This document shows positions 12,770-63,966 of a DNA stretch of 64,000 nt, piece by piece. Under the pieces are notes generated by a model. The model did not search any database. It was not told the origin of the DNA and worked only from the letters and a program-made list of their open reading frames with translations. Position numbers and translations under genes: made by a program. The stretch spans positions 44,392,001 to 44,456,000 of the forward strand of contig NC_043014.1 of NCBI RefSeq assembly GCF_006345805.1. The letters are read 5' to 3'. How positions within the stretch are numbered: position 1 is the stretch's first letter; the number at the start of each line of letters is the position of its first letter. The DNA comes from Octopus sinensis. Its lineage: Eukaryota.

Positions 12770-13870
12770 TAGAACACCAGAATTCATTGCTGAAATACAG
12801 AAGATCATCAATAACAATCCCAGCAAGTTGATGCATGCCATTGCATGAGAGAAATATGTCTGGTGATGCATGAAGACATTCACTACTTTTCATTCAAGAT
12901 GAGGAAGGGACAATTTCTGCCCAACACAATGCAAAAAAAGTGACTCCAGCACACCAAGAAGCTGACCAAAAAGTTGAAACCGCTGGAGCTAGACAGGCTG
13001 CAGTTTTTCTCCAATAAGAAGAATTTCTACCAAGATCAGATCAACTCCCAGAACAACATGTGGCTTGCTGTCTCACCCAACGACATGCCCAGAGTCACAC
13101 AGATGAAATTTTCAGTGACTACCACAATCTTCGGTGTCGCTCCATTTCTTCTCTCAGAGCCTCAGGCTGAACACTGAAGCTACAGCCTTCTTCTTCTGTG
13201 TAAGGTGGTGAAGCCATGGAGTGACTGGGTAGTTGCAGGGAGGCTGTATATGTAGCAGCAAGATTCTGCACTGATACACCAACCAAAAGATCCAGGCCTG
13301 GCTGTTGGAAAATTGCTTTAACCCTTTAGCATTTAAACCGGCCATATCCAGCCAAAAGTATTCTGCCTGTTTTATGTTCAAACTGGTCAGATCTGGTCTC
13401 TCACACCAACCCTACAATATCGTTTTAAAAATTAACAGCTACCTCATCAAAATCTCATAGCTACAAGATAATGCAAGATTAGTTCAAAACAAAGTGGAAG
13501 AAAAAGGAATTAATTTTGGTAGAATAATGCAAACACTAAAGGGTTAATCACACAGCACCTGACATTTGGCCACCCAGCTTGCCTTTGGACTGCAACTCCT
13601 CTGACACCTTTGTTTGGGGCACAGTGGAATGAGAGACTAACAAATCTAGCTGCAACATGAAGGATGAACTGAGGGCCGGGATTACCAGGACCTTCAGGGG
13701 CTTAAAATAGAAGATAGTGACAAAGGCCTGTGGCTGGTTACGAGGTCACCTGGAGGTTATCATCGAAACCAAAGGCAGATTCACCAAGTGAGATCGATAG
13801 AACAGGTCATGAAGACAAACTGACCAATATTTGATGACTATATCTCAAAAAATAAAAACACTTTTATTTT
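12770..13870 (+). mobile_element. Decayed Tc1/mariner (maT/DD37D-like) transposase with a nested piggyBac MITE
   Basis: Fragments of NSQNNMWLAVSP, ...WLLENCF, then WPPSLP.DCNSSD..VWG after the TTAA-flanked insert at ~13317-13546. Relatives at 34532-34980 and 38090-38830. Confidence 0.7.
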
Positions 13871-13991
13871 ATTCCTGAGACAGTCATCATACAAAGGAAC
13901 ACAGCCCAACCCTGTATAGCATATTTATAGCACAGCAATAGCTCAGAGTACATTTTTAGGTGAACAGCAATGATATATAGTACCTTTATAA

Positions 13992-14386
13992 TCTATATAT
14001 ATATAAAGCTGAAGTTGTCTGTGTATGGCAGGTTTGGTAGCCTTCAACTAACACTATCTCCTCCGAGACCCTGCAGCGCAAGTTGACCAAAATTGAGAGT
14101 ATGATAGAAGAAGGCTTGCTCTTCATTCCGCAGAAGATAAAATTCAGATCGGACCATGTTAACACCAAAAATTATTTACATCAAAAAGGAGCTTTTTTTT
14201 CTTATGAAAATCCCTATTTTTTACGATTTTTTTTTAAGCTCTGTCACCATTTTTCGGTGTATTTCAACCAGAAAAATGTTCACTTAAAGAGAATAACAAG
14301 CTACATAATGCAAAATTTTTACTTTTCAAAAATTCCAATTCTAAAGGGTTGAAACAAACCCGAGCAACGCCGGGCGATACTGCTAG
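13992..14386 (+). mobile_element. Non-autonomous Helitron-type element
   Basis: A|TC 5' end, subterminal hairpin cccgagcaacgccggg, CTAG|T 3' end. Confidence 0.8.
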
Positions 14387-14569
14387 TATATGATACATTT
14401 AAAAGTGTGTAATAATACACAAAGAGGAATCTTCTGCAATGCAGCATCACACCTTTTGTCATTGTTACTCATCATCTTTTTTGTGAGATTCAACATCATA
14501 TCAGTTTTCGCCGTTTCTCTAGTTTTCCATCTTTCTCTTCAGCAGACATACGCTTATATACATATATAT

Positions 14570-14745
14570 ATATATATTTATATATACGTACACTTATGAG
14601 CATATACAAATGTAAAAATATTCAGTTGAATTTATACATACATAAAGCAATTACATATGCAAGCATGTTTGTGTATGTGTTTATACATACATATATATAT
14701 ATATACATATACATACATATATCTATATATATACATATATATATA

Positions 14746-14790
<45 letters not shown>

Positions 14791-14948
14791 ATATACATAC
14801 ATATATATATATATAATATACATACATATATATACATATACATATATATATATATATATACATACATATATATAATATATATATATATACATACATATAT
14901 ATATACATACATATAATATACATACATATATTATATATATATATATAA

Positions 14949-14989
<41 letters not shown>

Positions 14990-15002
14990 ATATATACATA
15001 CA

Positions 15003-15067
<65 letters not shown>

Positions 15068-15214
15068 ATACATATACATATCATATATATACATACATAT
15101 ATATATATATACATACATATATATATACATACATATATATATACATACATATATATATACATACACACACATATACATACACACACACACATATATATAT
15201 ATATACATACATAT

Positions 15215-15246
<32 letters not shown>
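14570..15246. repeat. ~680-bp (TA/TACA)n microsatellite
   Basis: Direct reading. Similar tracts at 4260-4520, 24175-24395 and 63830-64000. Confidence 0.97.
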
Positions 15247-15976
15247 CCAGTTGACAAAAGACCTGTACACTCAAGGTTAATACAAAACACTGAGATATTA
15301 CCAAAAGGACCCTTGAAGGCCTACAAATAACAAGGACCCTATTTGCAAAAGGACCTCACATGGCTTAAAAAGGAGACTGTATTCCTCGACGATATTTTTA
15401 AAACAATATTAATGCAAAATTATATTGGACATAAAAAGCACCAACTTGACATAGTAAAGAGGGATAGAATCAGTTAAGCAGTTCCCTATTAGGGAGTTGG
15501 TTTGATTTTTTAATACCTTAAAATTGGTGTCTTAAAGCAACAATAAGAATTTGTTTAGTTTCTGTATTGTTTTGTGTTGCTTCATTAGTTTTTTTTTTTT
15601 TTTCCTTTTTTTTTTTTACATGTTTATAATTAAAGAATTCTGGAGAAGTTCAAAGTCAAATGAATTTACACTGGTACCAGTATATCTATCAACCACAGAA
15701 GAATTAAATGCAAAGTGGAGTTATTCAGAAGTTGAGCAGATGTAACATGATTTTATTTATAAAAAAGGGAAAGAAATCCTGAGAGAGGAAGTGAGAGAGG
15801 GAAGAGGGAGAGGGAAAAAAAGACAGAAGGAGGGTGATAGGGAGAAAGTTTCCTTCCAAAACAGGAATATTCTCTGTAATATTGGATGAAGAATAGACAA
15901 AACCTACAGAAAAAAACCCTTTAACAGCCAAACAGGAATTCACTTTAGATTCCTAAAATGACTGTTTTGATGTGGT

Positions 15977-54029
<38,053 letters not shown>

Positions 54030-55716
54030 CTGGAATAGAGTGGAAACAGTTTAATTACTATATAATGAGATGTGGACTGATAAAGAACAGAACAGAATTA
54101 AAAAGTATTTGATATGTTACCTGATACTGGCTGATAGTGACGCAGGAGTGGCTGTGTGGTAAGTAGCTTGCTTACCAACCACATGGTTCCGGGTTCAGTC
54201 CCACTGCATGGCACCTTGGGCAAGTGTCTTCTACTATAGCCTCAGGCCAATCAAAGCCTTGTGAGTGGATTTGGTAGACGGAAACTGAAAGAAACCTGTC
54301 ATATATATGTATATGTGTATGTGTTTGTGTGTCTGTGTTTGTCCCTCAACATCGTTTGACAACCGATGCTGGTGTGTTTACGTCCCCATAACTTAGTGAT
54401 TCGGCAAAAGAGCCCGATAGAATAAGTACTAGGCCTACGAAGAATAAGTCCTGGGGTCGATTTGCTCGACTAAAGGCGGTGCTCCAGCATGGCCGCAGTC
54501 AAATGACTGAAACAAGTAAAAGAGTGATAATGGCTGGTAAAGCATTCAACAACCTCCTTAACGCTTTTGCATTTAAAGTGACCATATCCGTCCGAAATAT
54601 TCTACCTGTTTTATGTTCAAACCTACCAGATCTAGCCTCTCACACTCACCCAACAATGTCATTCTAAAAATAAGCAATCACATCGTCGAAATCTCAAAAC
54701 TACAAGATAATGCACGTTTAATTTTAAAAATTGTGAAAAATATGACATTTGACAGACTAATCTGAATACTAAAGGGTTAAATGACTACAGACCTCCTAGG
54801 GGTCAAATATTTCACCTCTTCATACTTACTGACCATTTTATTTCTTCAAATGTATGTTTTTATTTACTCTCTCTCTTTTACTTGTTTCAGTCATTTGACT
54901 GCAGCCATGCTGGAGCACCACCTTTAATCGAGCAACTCGACCCTGGGACTTATTCTTTTGTAAGCCTAGTACTTATTCTATCGGTCTGTTTTGCTGAACC
55001 GCTAAGTAACGGGGACATAAACACACCAGCATCGGTTGTCAAGCGATGCAAGGGGGACAAACACAGACACACAAACATATACACACACATACATACGACA
55101 GGCTTCTTTCAGTTTCTTTCTACCAAATCCACTCACAAGGCTTTGGTTGGCCCGAGGCTATAGCAGAAGACACTTGCCCAAGATGCCACGCAGTGGGACT
55201 GAACCCAGAACCATGTAGTTGGTAAGCAAGCTACTTACCACACAGCCACTCCTGTGTCTATTGATTAGTACAAATGTATGTTTTTTAGTTATTTATTTTT
55301 TTTACTCTGTTCTTCCAGCTTCATCACTCATTTCAAATTATATCTTCAACGAGTTAACTTGAGATTCCTTAATGACCATGTAACCTTCATATAATTAAGC
55401 TATCTTTGGCCTAATGAGTATCTAGCTGAGCACTCGTCATTGAGAAATTATAACAGCAGAGGATCTGGTAGCTAAGAAACATATGTAGCCTGGATTTTAC
55501 CTGCTCCACTCCATATATTATATACATACATACATACATACATATATATATATATACAAAAATAAATATAAGAGAGTGGTCACTATGTGGCTCACTCTAG
55601 CACTAGTAATAGATCCAATAGGTTTCAACCACAAAAATACATGTTTCCTATGGAAGTCAGTACGATTGTTAGCTCACACGAACAGGGCAAATAAAAAATA
55701 ACAAAAATACAGATTA

Positions 55717-55796
55717 TTTTGGGACAATTGTTTCACTATTAATGAATTAAATGTAATTTTACTCACAATAACTCACTTGTAGCTCCTCAGCCAAAA
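55717..55796 (-). ncRNA. Hammerhead motif (family B), mirror copy
   Basis: Exact reverse complement of 55843-55922 in the left arm of the palindrome. Confidence 0.72.
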
Positions 55797-55842
55797 CTAT
55801 CTGGATGAAATCCACTCAATCGAGTGGATTTCATCCAGATAG

Positions 55843-55922
55843 TTTTGGCTGAGGAGCTACAAGTGAGTTATTGTGAGTAAAATTACATTTAATTCATTAA
55901 TAGTGAAACAATTGTCCCAAAA
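55843..55922 (+). ncRNA. Type I hammerhead ribozyme motif (family B)
   Basis: ttttgg-CTGAGGA-gcta...tagt-GAAAC-AATT-GTC|ccaaaa: 6-bp stem I, extended stem II (agtgagtt/aattcatt), palindromic AATT loop, GUC cleavage after 55916. Confidence 0.75.
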
Positions 55923-56203
55923 TAATCTGTATTTTTGTTATTTTTTATTTGCCCTGTTCGTGTGAGCTAACAATCGTACTGACTTCCATAGGAAACATGT
56001 ATTTTTGTGGTTGAAACCTATTGGATCTATTACTAGTGCTAGAGTGAGCCACATAGTGACCACTCTCTTATATTTATTTTTGTATAAAATATTATAATAT
56101 GTTATAAAATATTATAATAATCCAGGTTTCTCGAGGCACTGGGCCACTTGGTGTTGAATAGGTATACTATTAAATTAGTATCTAATTCTCTCACCCTTAT
56201 TAA

Positions 56204-56243
<40 letters not shown>

Positions 56244-56355
56244 TCAGGGTGAATACTTGATAAATGTAAGCACCTGTATATGCCCGCTAGTAGCATAGGT
56301 GATAGGATATATGTATCAAATGCAGTAAATGAAAAGCAGGACACAAAAGGATTTT

Positions 56356-56448
56356 GCGGTACATATGTTTCGGGCTTTATTGAACAACTTATTCTTATAT
56401 CAATGCATAATTGATATAACAGATAGATCAAAAGCCTTCTTCAGCCGC
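56356..56448 (-). ncRNA. Type I hammerhead motif (family C)
   Basis: gcgg-CTGAAGA-aggcttt...aaagccc-GAAAC-ATAT-GTA|ccgc. Stem II is 6 bp after an A.C mismatch and carries an internal hairpin tatatcaat/attgatata. Confidence 0.6.
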
Positions 56449-56615
56449 GTACAATTGCCACACCAAAGACTTGTATCACATTATAACAGGTTTGAGAAAA
56501 AGTTTGAGAAAAAACCGAGTTTCATTGGGAAAGTAAATCCTCATAAGCATATATGGTATTGCTAGACTCCAAACCTGTTATAATGTGATACAAGTCTTTG
56601 GTGTGGCAATTGTAC

Positions 56616-56708
56616 GCGGCTGAAGAAGGCTTTTGATCTACCTGTTATATCAATTATGCATTGATGTAAGAATAAGTTGTTCAATAAACCCCGAAACATA
56701 TGTACCAC
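56616..56708 (+). ncRNA. Hammerhead motif (family C), mutated mirror copy
   Basis: Same motif in the right arm, with stem I 3' strand ccac and stem II 3' strand aaacccc, both weakened. Confidence 0.45.
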
Positions 56709-57192
56709 AAAATCCTTTGTGTCCTGTTTTTCATTTTCTTCATTTGATACATATATATATATATATAATCATCATCATCATCATCATTTAACGTCCGTTT
56801 TCCGCGCTAGCACGGGTTGGACGGAAATATATATATATATATAATATATATATATGCATATGTGAAAGCACATGGCTTAGTGGTTAAGATGTTGCACTCA
56901 TGATTGTGAGATCGTGAGGTCAATTCCCAGATCAAGCATTGCATTGTGTTCTCAAGCAAAGCACTTCATTTGATGTTGCTCTGCAATCATTTTGCCATCA
57001 GACATGTGGCACTCGTTGCACCTGTACAGGTAATATCGATTTGATGGAGGGAGTGAGCATGTATATACAGAAACATTTGATCACCATAAATAAATCATCT
57101 GTGTGGCTGAAATTGTCAAGCCTTCATATGTTGTCTAACAACAGGCAAGTCCGTCACACATATATATATATATATATATATAAATACATACA

Positions 57193-57356
57193 CATATTAG
57201 AGGAAAACCACTACGTGGACACCCTTATGCTAGAAATAGATCCGCTATGGTCTTACCACCAAGAAATGTTCTCAAGAAATGTTTTCTTAGTGGTAAGACC
57301 ATTGCAGATCTATTTCTAGCATAAGGGTGTCCACATAGTGGTTTCCCTCTAATATG
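57193..57356. repeat. Imperfect inverted repeat, ~73-bp arms
   Basis: catattagaggaaaaccactacgtggacaccc.../...gggtgtccacatagtggtttccctctaatatg, between TA-rich tracts. Confidence 0.85.
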
Positions 57357-57458
57357 TATATAATACAATTTTACTGAACCTTCAGCATTTTTATATGCTA
57401 GACCACTTGTGTGAAATCGATGTTGATTAAATTAATATCTAATTTCTCACCCTCATTT

Positions 57459-57506
<48 letters not shown>

Positions 57507-57784
57507 GGTATAGAATATGGAAACTTACTCATCCTCAAAATTCATTTCCTTTTCTTTTACAATTTCATACAATATATCTTTATTGTTATTACAACTTCTA
57601 CATGTTTCCAGTGCACAAAGTATTGGCAGTTGCAGATAAGTGAACATGCTGGATTTACTGATGGAGGAATTTACAGCATAAGTGATGTAAGTACTAATCA
57701 ATGTGGTTAGCCATAACCTGGAACATGGCTGAGAGCCATCACAGTATCCACCCAGATAATATATCCCTTTAAACTTACATTAAT

Positions 57785-57827
<43 letters not shown>

Positions 57828-59780
57828 TGGACGTTGTCAGTTTGAGAGCCACTGTACTAGTGAACTATTAATGTACTAGTGAAAAGGAAATTATACTAAA
57901 TTAAAAATTAGTATTTCTCTTAATTTATATGGCATCATGGTTGAAATGTTACATTGTTCTTCAACTTTCCTCATGCAATTGCATCTATTTTAACAGCCAT
58001 GCTTCTATTTCGATTAGTTGCGATGGATGCAAATCAACACCTGCTTTTTCAGACTTTTCCTTGTAACTAGGAACCACAAGAGGTTTACAAACAAAAAGTC
58101 GATAAAGGAGTCTCTCTCTCTCTTTCCATCTCTCTTTCTCCCCCCCCTCTCTCTCTGTGATCACTTAATTGGCTAGAAAGAGCAGCCAAATTTCCATACT
58201 AACACACCCAACTACCATAAATATGTAAAGGACACTTTTTTTATTGAACCCTTTAGCATGGTGGTGGAGTGGTCAGAGATACATAGGGTTGAATATAGTG
58301 AGAGGAGAATAAAGGAAAAGGGTGGCTGATTGTAGATATGAGGCAGTGCATGAGACAAGAATGAGGTATAACTGTCAACAGAAAGTGCTGAAGGGAAAGG
58401 GAGTAATGACTGACAGCACAGAAAGAATAATCAGTAGAAGATATTAGTGGGGAGGGACACTGTTGAGAATGAAGGAGGAGGTTTTTAAGGTTCCTTATGG
58501 GTGCATATATATTGTTGTGTGTGTAATGTAATAATGTCACTGTACTAAATGTTGTGTATACCGTGACCATCTGAGTAGCTTGTTGTGTTAAATATGCAAC
58601 GTTTAGTTTGCAATGTTAACCAGATGTTCTAAGTTCTAATTTTAGGGCAGATATCCTAGAGTGAAGCTGGAATAGCTTATCATAAATTGATGCAATGGAA
58701 ATCATCATGATTTAATGTCTGGCTTCCATGCTGCCATGGTATCTGAATAAATGGCTGGTCCATTAGGTTGCTGTGACATGTCTAAACAGTTGCCAGGGTT
58801 ACTCAATTACAACAACAACAACAACAACAGGAACGATATCACGATATCAGTGTGTGTGATATTTATTTTATCACCATTACATGATTTATCAAGCTAAAAG
58901 CAACTGACTGCTTCTAACCAACGTGGACTCTCAACATTCTTCCAGTCCTTTGCGATTTTTTTTTTTTTTTACTTCATGTTATATCTATATCTCTCTTTAC
59001 TCTTTTACTTGTTTCAGTCATTTGACTGCGGCCATGCTGGAGCACTGCCTTTAGTCGAGCAAATCGACCCCGGGACTTATTCTTTGTAAGCCCAGTACTT
59101 ATTCTGTCGGTCTCTTTTGCCGAACTGCTAAGTGACGGGGACATAAACACACCAGCAAATTTTGGCACAAGGCCAGCAACTTCGGGGGGGGGGTCAATAA
59201 CTTTGTCCCAGCGCTCAACAGGTACTTGTTTTATCAACCCTGGAAAGATGAAAGGCAAAGTCAGCCCTGGTGGAATTTGAACTCAGATTGAAGAAATGCC
59301 ACTAAGCATTTTGCCTGGTGTGCTAACAATTCTGCCAGCTCCCCACCTTACATAGCATAAATATTACCATTTATTTAGGAAACCACAGACAGTGCTCCTA
59401 TACTGTTGCTAGAAATAGCAGCCGAATCACACAAAAAAGAAAGAAGGATTGGACAAGTACACATATGGCTGTATGCTTAAGAAGTTTGCTTTGCAACCAC
59501 CTGGTCTCAGGTTCAACCCCACTGTGCACAACTTTGGGCATATGCTTTCTATGATAGCCACAGGCCAACCAAAGCCACATGAGTGAATTTGGTAGATGGA
59601 AACTGCGTATATGTGTGTGTGTGTGTGTGTGGTTTCTATGATAGCCACAGGCCAACCAAAGCCACATGAGTGAATTTGGTAGATGGAAACTGCGTATATG
59701 TGTGTGTGTGTGTGTGTGGTTTCTATGATAGCCACAGGCCAACCAAAGCCACATGAGTGAATTTGGTAGATGGAAACTGC

Positions 59781-59811
<31 letters not shown>

Positions 59812-61361
59812 GTTTTGGGTTTGTCCTCACCACCATCATCACCAACTGACGTCCGGTATTGGTTTGCTTATGTCTCCTTAACTAAGCAGTTCAGCAAAAA
59901 AAAAAAAAAAAAATGGAATAAGTACCAGATTAAAAGAAAATTTTAAAAAATACTCGGGTCAATTTGTTAGACTAAAATCCCTTCAAGGCAGTGCCCCAGC
60001 ATGGCCAACAGTAGAATGACTGTAACAAACAAAAGATTAAAAAAGGTAACAGAATGTAGTGTTAGACGTAATTGCAATATATATTATATAATACATGTTA
60101 TAAATATCTATACATAGGCACAGGAGTGGCTGTGTGGTAAGTAGCTTGCTTACCAACCACATGGTTCCGGGTTCAGTCCCACTGTGTGGCACCTTGGGCA
60201 AGTGTCTCCTACTATAGCCTTGGGCTGACCAAAGCCTTGTGAGTGGATTTTTGCCAGCTGAGTGGACTGGAGCAATGTGAAATGAAGTGTTTTGCTCAAG
60301 AACACAATGCATCGCCCAGCCCAGGAATCGAAACCACAAATAACAATCATGATGCTGACACCCTAACCACTAAGCCATGTGCCTCCACTCTTCACCCATG
60401 TAAGTTATTGTTTTCTGTTTTGTGGGATATGATAGATTTAGTCCACTTCGAACTTTAAAACCCAAACCAAATGATAACAAAGGAGATCTACTGCAAGCAG
60501 CTTAAGTCAGCGCTAGAAGAGCAACAACCATCTTTGATGAAAGATGTCCTTCCATCAGGATAATGCTTGGCCACATACAGCAAGGATGACATTCCAAAGG
60601 CTGGAGCTATTTGAATGGGAAACGATGCTCTACCCACCATATTTGCCAGACATTGCCCCATCTGATTATCATTTATTCCACAGTCTTTAAAATCATTTGG
60701 ATGGAAAAAATATAAATTCTGTAGACAAGGTCAGAACAGTACCGGAGGAGTATTTTTCATCGGGGGACAAATGAATTTTCAAAGAAGGGCCTTGCAAGTC
60801 TACAATGAAAGAGCATTGTAGAAAGTGAAGGAGAGTATATTTTAGATTAAAAAAGAACTTTGTTTATCTTAATTTTGAAAAATAAAAGAAGTATAAAAGA
60901 CCACATTATTTATAGGATGACATACATGCTTGACCACTAAATCTACAGGTTTTTGTCATTCACTCTCTGTTTTTTTTTTCTCTTATTCCTTTCTGTTGAA
61001 GAGTGTAGGCTTGAAACATAAAAGAATTTTTCATTTTCCTGAGCATCAAACTGATACACCTGCTTGTTGTTCATACACCAGTCTTCGTCTTTTGTTTTTC
61101 TATATAAATTTCATCTATGTACATATATATATATATATTTCTTTATTACCCACAAGGGGCTAAACACAGAGGGGACAAACAAGGACAGACAAACATATTA
61201 AGTCGATTATATTGACCCCAGTGCGTAACTGGTACTTAATTTATCGACCCCGAAAGGATGAAAGGCAAAGTCGACCTCGGCAGAATTTGAACTCAGAACG
61301 TAACTGCAGACCAAATACGGCTACGCATTTCGCCCGGTGTGCTAACATTTCTGCCAGCTCG

Positions 61362-61397
<36 letters not shown>

Positions 61398-61399
<2 letters not shown>

Positions 61400-61659
61400 G
61401 GAGTAAACACATAAATGTGAAACAAGGTGGAAAAAAGAGTACTCAAATACCAGTGGTAGAGTAATATGCTTTATTTAAAGCAGCAGAAAATTCAACAAAA
61501 CCTGTTACTCTGAGTTTCCTGTTGCCGTTCATCGGACAGTTTTTGCTAGATTCTAGCATATTACTCTACCACTGGTATTTGAGTACTCTTTTTTACTCTA
61601 CCACTGGTATTTGAGTACTCTTTTTTCCACCTTGTTTCACATTTATGTGTTTACTCCGG
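61398..61659. mobile_element. Family A fold-back element in (TA)n
   Basis: TA|ccggagtaaacacataaatg...catttatgtgtttactccgg|TA; ~73-bp inverted arms, a ~34-bp internal duplication and a central hammerhead. Confidence 0.8.
61497..61543 (-). ncRNA. Hammerhead motif (family A), degenerate copy
   Basis: aaaactgt-CCGATGA-acg gcaa cag-GAAACTCAGAGTA|acaggtttt. Homologous to 10090-10136 but with U4C and a broken stem II. Confidence 0.55.
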
Positions 61660-61671
61660 TATATATATATA

Positions 61672-61738
<67 letters not shown>

Positions 61739-63262
61739 AAGAGATGGCAAATGAGAGTATAGCATAGTATATTAATATATTTATGTGATGGAATAAATAT
61801 ATCTAAAGCATCATGCTTGTGAACTATGCATCACAACACACTTTCTTCAGCATCATATTTCATTACTTTGCTGTGTATCACATCATGAAAGTACTATGTG
61901 GAAGGCAAGCTAACAGTGGGTGCATCTTCATGGTTGCTAGAACTACTAGAAATAGCAACCAAATTTTCCACCAAATCCCATGCTACTATTTTAAAAACGA
62001 AGGGTACACATGATGTGATCCCAAATACACTAAGAATTGGAAGAAGAAAATTAAAAAAAAAAAAGAAACAAAATGAAGGATCGTGTAATCAAACACTTTT
62101 GATCATTGGTAGCTGGAAACTGCATGTATATGTGTGTGTGTGTGTGTATGTGTGTGTGGTTTTGGGTTTGTCCTCACCACCATCATCACCAACTGACATC
62201 CGGTGATGGTTTGCTTATGTCTCCTTAACTAAGCAGTTCAGCAAAAAAAAAAAAAAAAAAAAATGGAATAAGTACCAGATTAAAAGAAAATAAAAAAAAA
62301 TACTCGGGTCAATTTGTTAGACTAAAATCCCTTCAAGGCAGTGCCCCAGCATGGCCAGCAGTAGAATGTTTTGAGCAGGACTGACTTGGGTTAAACAACG
62401 ACAGCTTTGGATGGGAGAAATACAGAGAGAGAGAGAGACAGTGACAAAGATGTAGAGAGATCACTATAAACTGGATGGAAGCACTCCGTCAGTTACGACG
62501 ACGAGGGTTCCGGTTGATCCGATCAACGGAACAGCCTGCTCGTGAAATTAACGTGTAAGTGGCTGAGCACTCCACAGACACGTGTACCCTTAACGTAGTT
62601 CTCAGGGGATATTCAGTGTGACACAGAGAGTGACAAGGCCGGCCCTTTGAAATACAGGTACAACAGAAACAGGAAGTAAGAGTGAGAGAAAGTTGTGGTG
62701 AAAGAGTACAGCAGGGATCACCACCATCCCCCTGCCGGAGCCTCGTGGAGCTTTTTAGGTGTTTTCGCTCAATAAACACTCACAACGCCCGGTCTGGGAA
62801 TCGAAACCGCGATCCTATGACCGCAAGTACAACAGAAACAGGAAGTAAGAGTGAGAGAAAGTTGTGGTGAAAGAGTACAGCAGGGATCACCACCATCCCC
62901 TGCCGGAGCCACGTGGAGCTTTAGGTGTTTTCGCTCAATAAACACTCACAACGCCCGGTCTGGGAATCGAAACCGCAATCCTACGACCGCGAGTCCGCTG
63001 CCCTAACCACTGGGCCATTGTGCCTCCACACACTATAAACTAGGATATGGAGAAATGGGCAGAGGGGCAAGGTGTTTAAATGCCAGTTGTTTGTTAGGCG
63101 AAATCTGATTGCATCATATATGATGCAATTACCATTACGAACCGGCTCCTTTGCAGTTATTGAAGAATAAATAGAAGCTGAAGTTGTAACATTCGATAGC
63201 AATCTTTTTGATCTTTGGAATATGAGAGCCAGGAATAACAACCAGTGCAGCGTAACGAAAAA

Positions 63263-63426
63263 ATATGGACGAAGTTGCACAAGAAAAACTTGTTGTTAAA
63301 AGAAGCCTTTGTTTGTTGTTGCTGTTTTATGGTTTTTTCTTTTCTATTTGAAATAACAGAAATGCATCAATGAGTACACATAGTTTGTTATATATATAAA
63401 TATATATATGTGTATGTGTGTGTGTG

Positions 63427-63475
<49 letters not shown>

Positions 63476-63585
63476 GTGTGTACATATATATATATGCATA
63501 TATATATATGTGCATATATATATATGTGCATATATATATATGCATATATATTTATGCATATATATATATGCATATATATATATGT

Positions 63586-63628
<43 letters not shown>

Positions 63629-63828
63629 CACACACACACCATACACATATATATATTATATATATGCACACACACATACACATATATATATTTATATATA
63701 TAACAAACTATGTGTACTCATTGATGCATTTCTGTTATTTCAAATAGAAAAGAAAAAACCATAAAACAGCAACAACAAACAAAGGCTTCTTTTAACTACA
63801 AGTTTTTCTTGTGCGACTTCGTCCATAT
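63263..63828. repeat. Tail-to-tail inverted duplication around a mirror-symmetric microsatellite
   Basis: ~130-bp unique arms with a few mismatches; the inner (GT)n/(TA)n tract is mirrored as (TA)n/(CA)n. Confidence 0.85.
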
Positions 63829-63931
63829 ATGTACACACACATATATATATATATATTTATATTTATATATGTGTGTGTGTCTATATATATATATATAATA
63901 TATATATATATGCATATATATATATATTATC

Positions 63932-63966
<35 letters not shown>

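Larger units (their letters stand above)
55553..56086. repeat. Perfect palindrome, 265-bp arms, AATC spacer (family B)
   Basis: Spacer 55818-55821; no mismatch seen; the left end abuts (TA/TACA)n. Confidence 0.95.
56307..56756. repeat. Imperfect inverted repeat, ~188-bp arms, 75-bp spacer (family C)
   Basis: Arms 56307-56494 and 56570-56756; ends in (TA)n. Confidence 0.9.

Noticed and set aside
61398-61659. Ordinary Tc1/mariner MITE (TA-flanked TIRs)
   Set aside because: The arms differ in length between the two copies, the TA flanks are microsatellite, and the core holds a hammerhead. This fits an inverted retro-copy better, though a MITE origin is not excluded.
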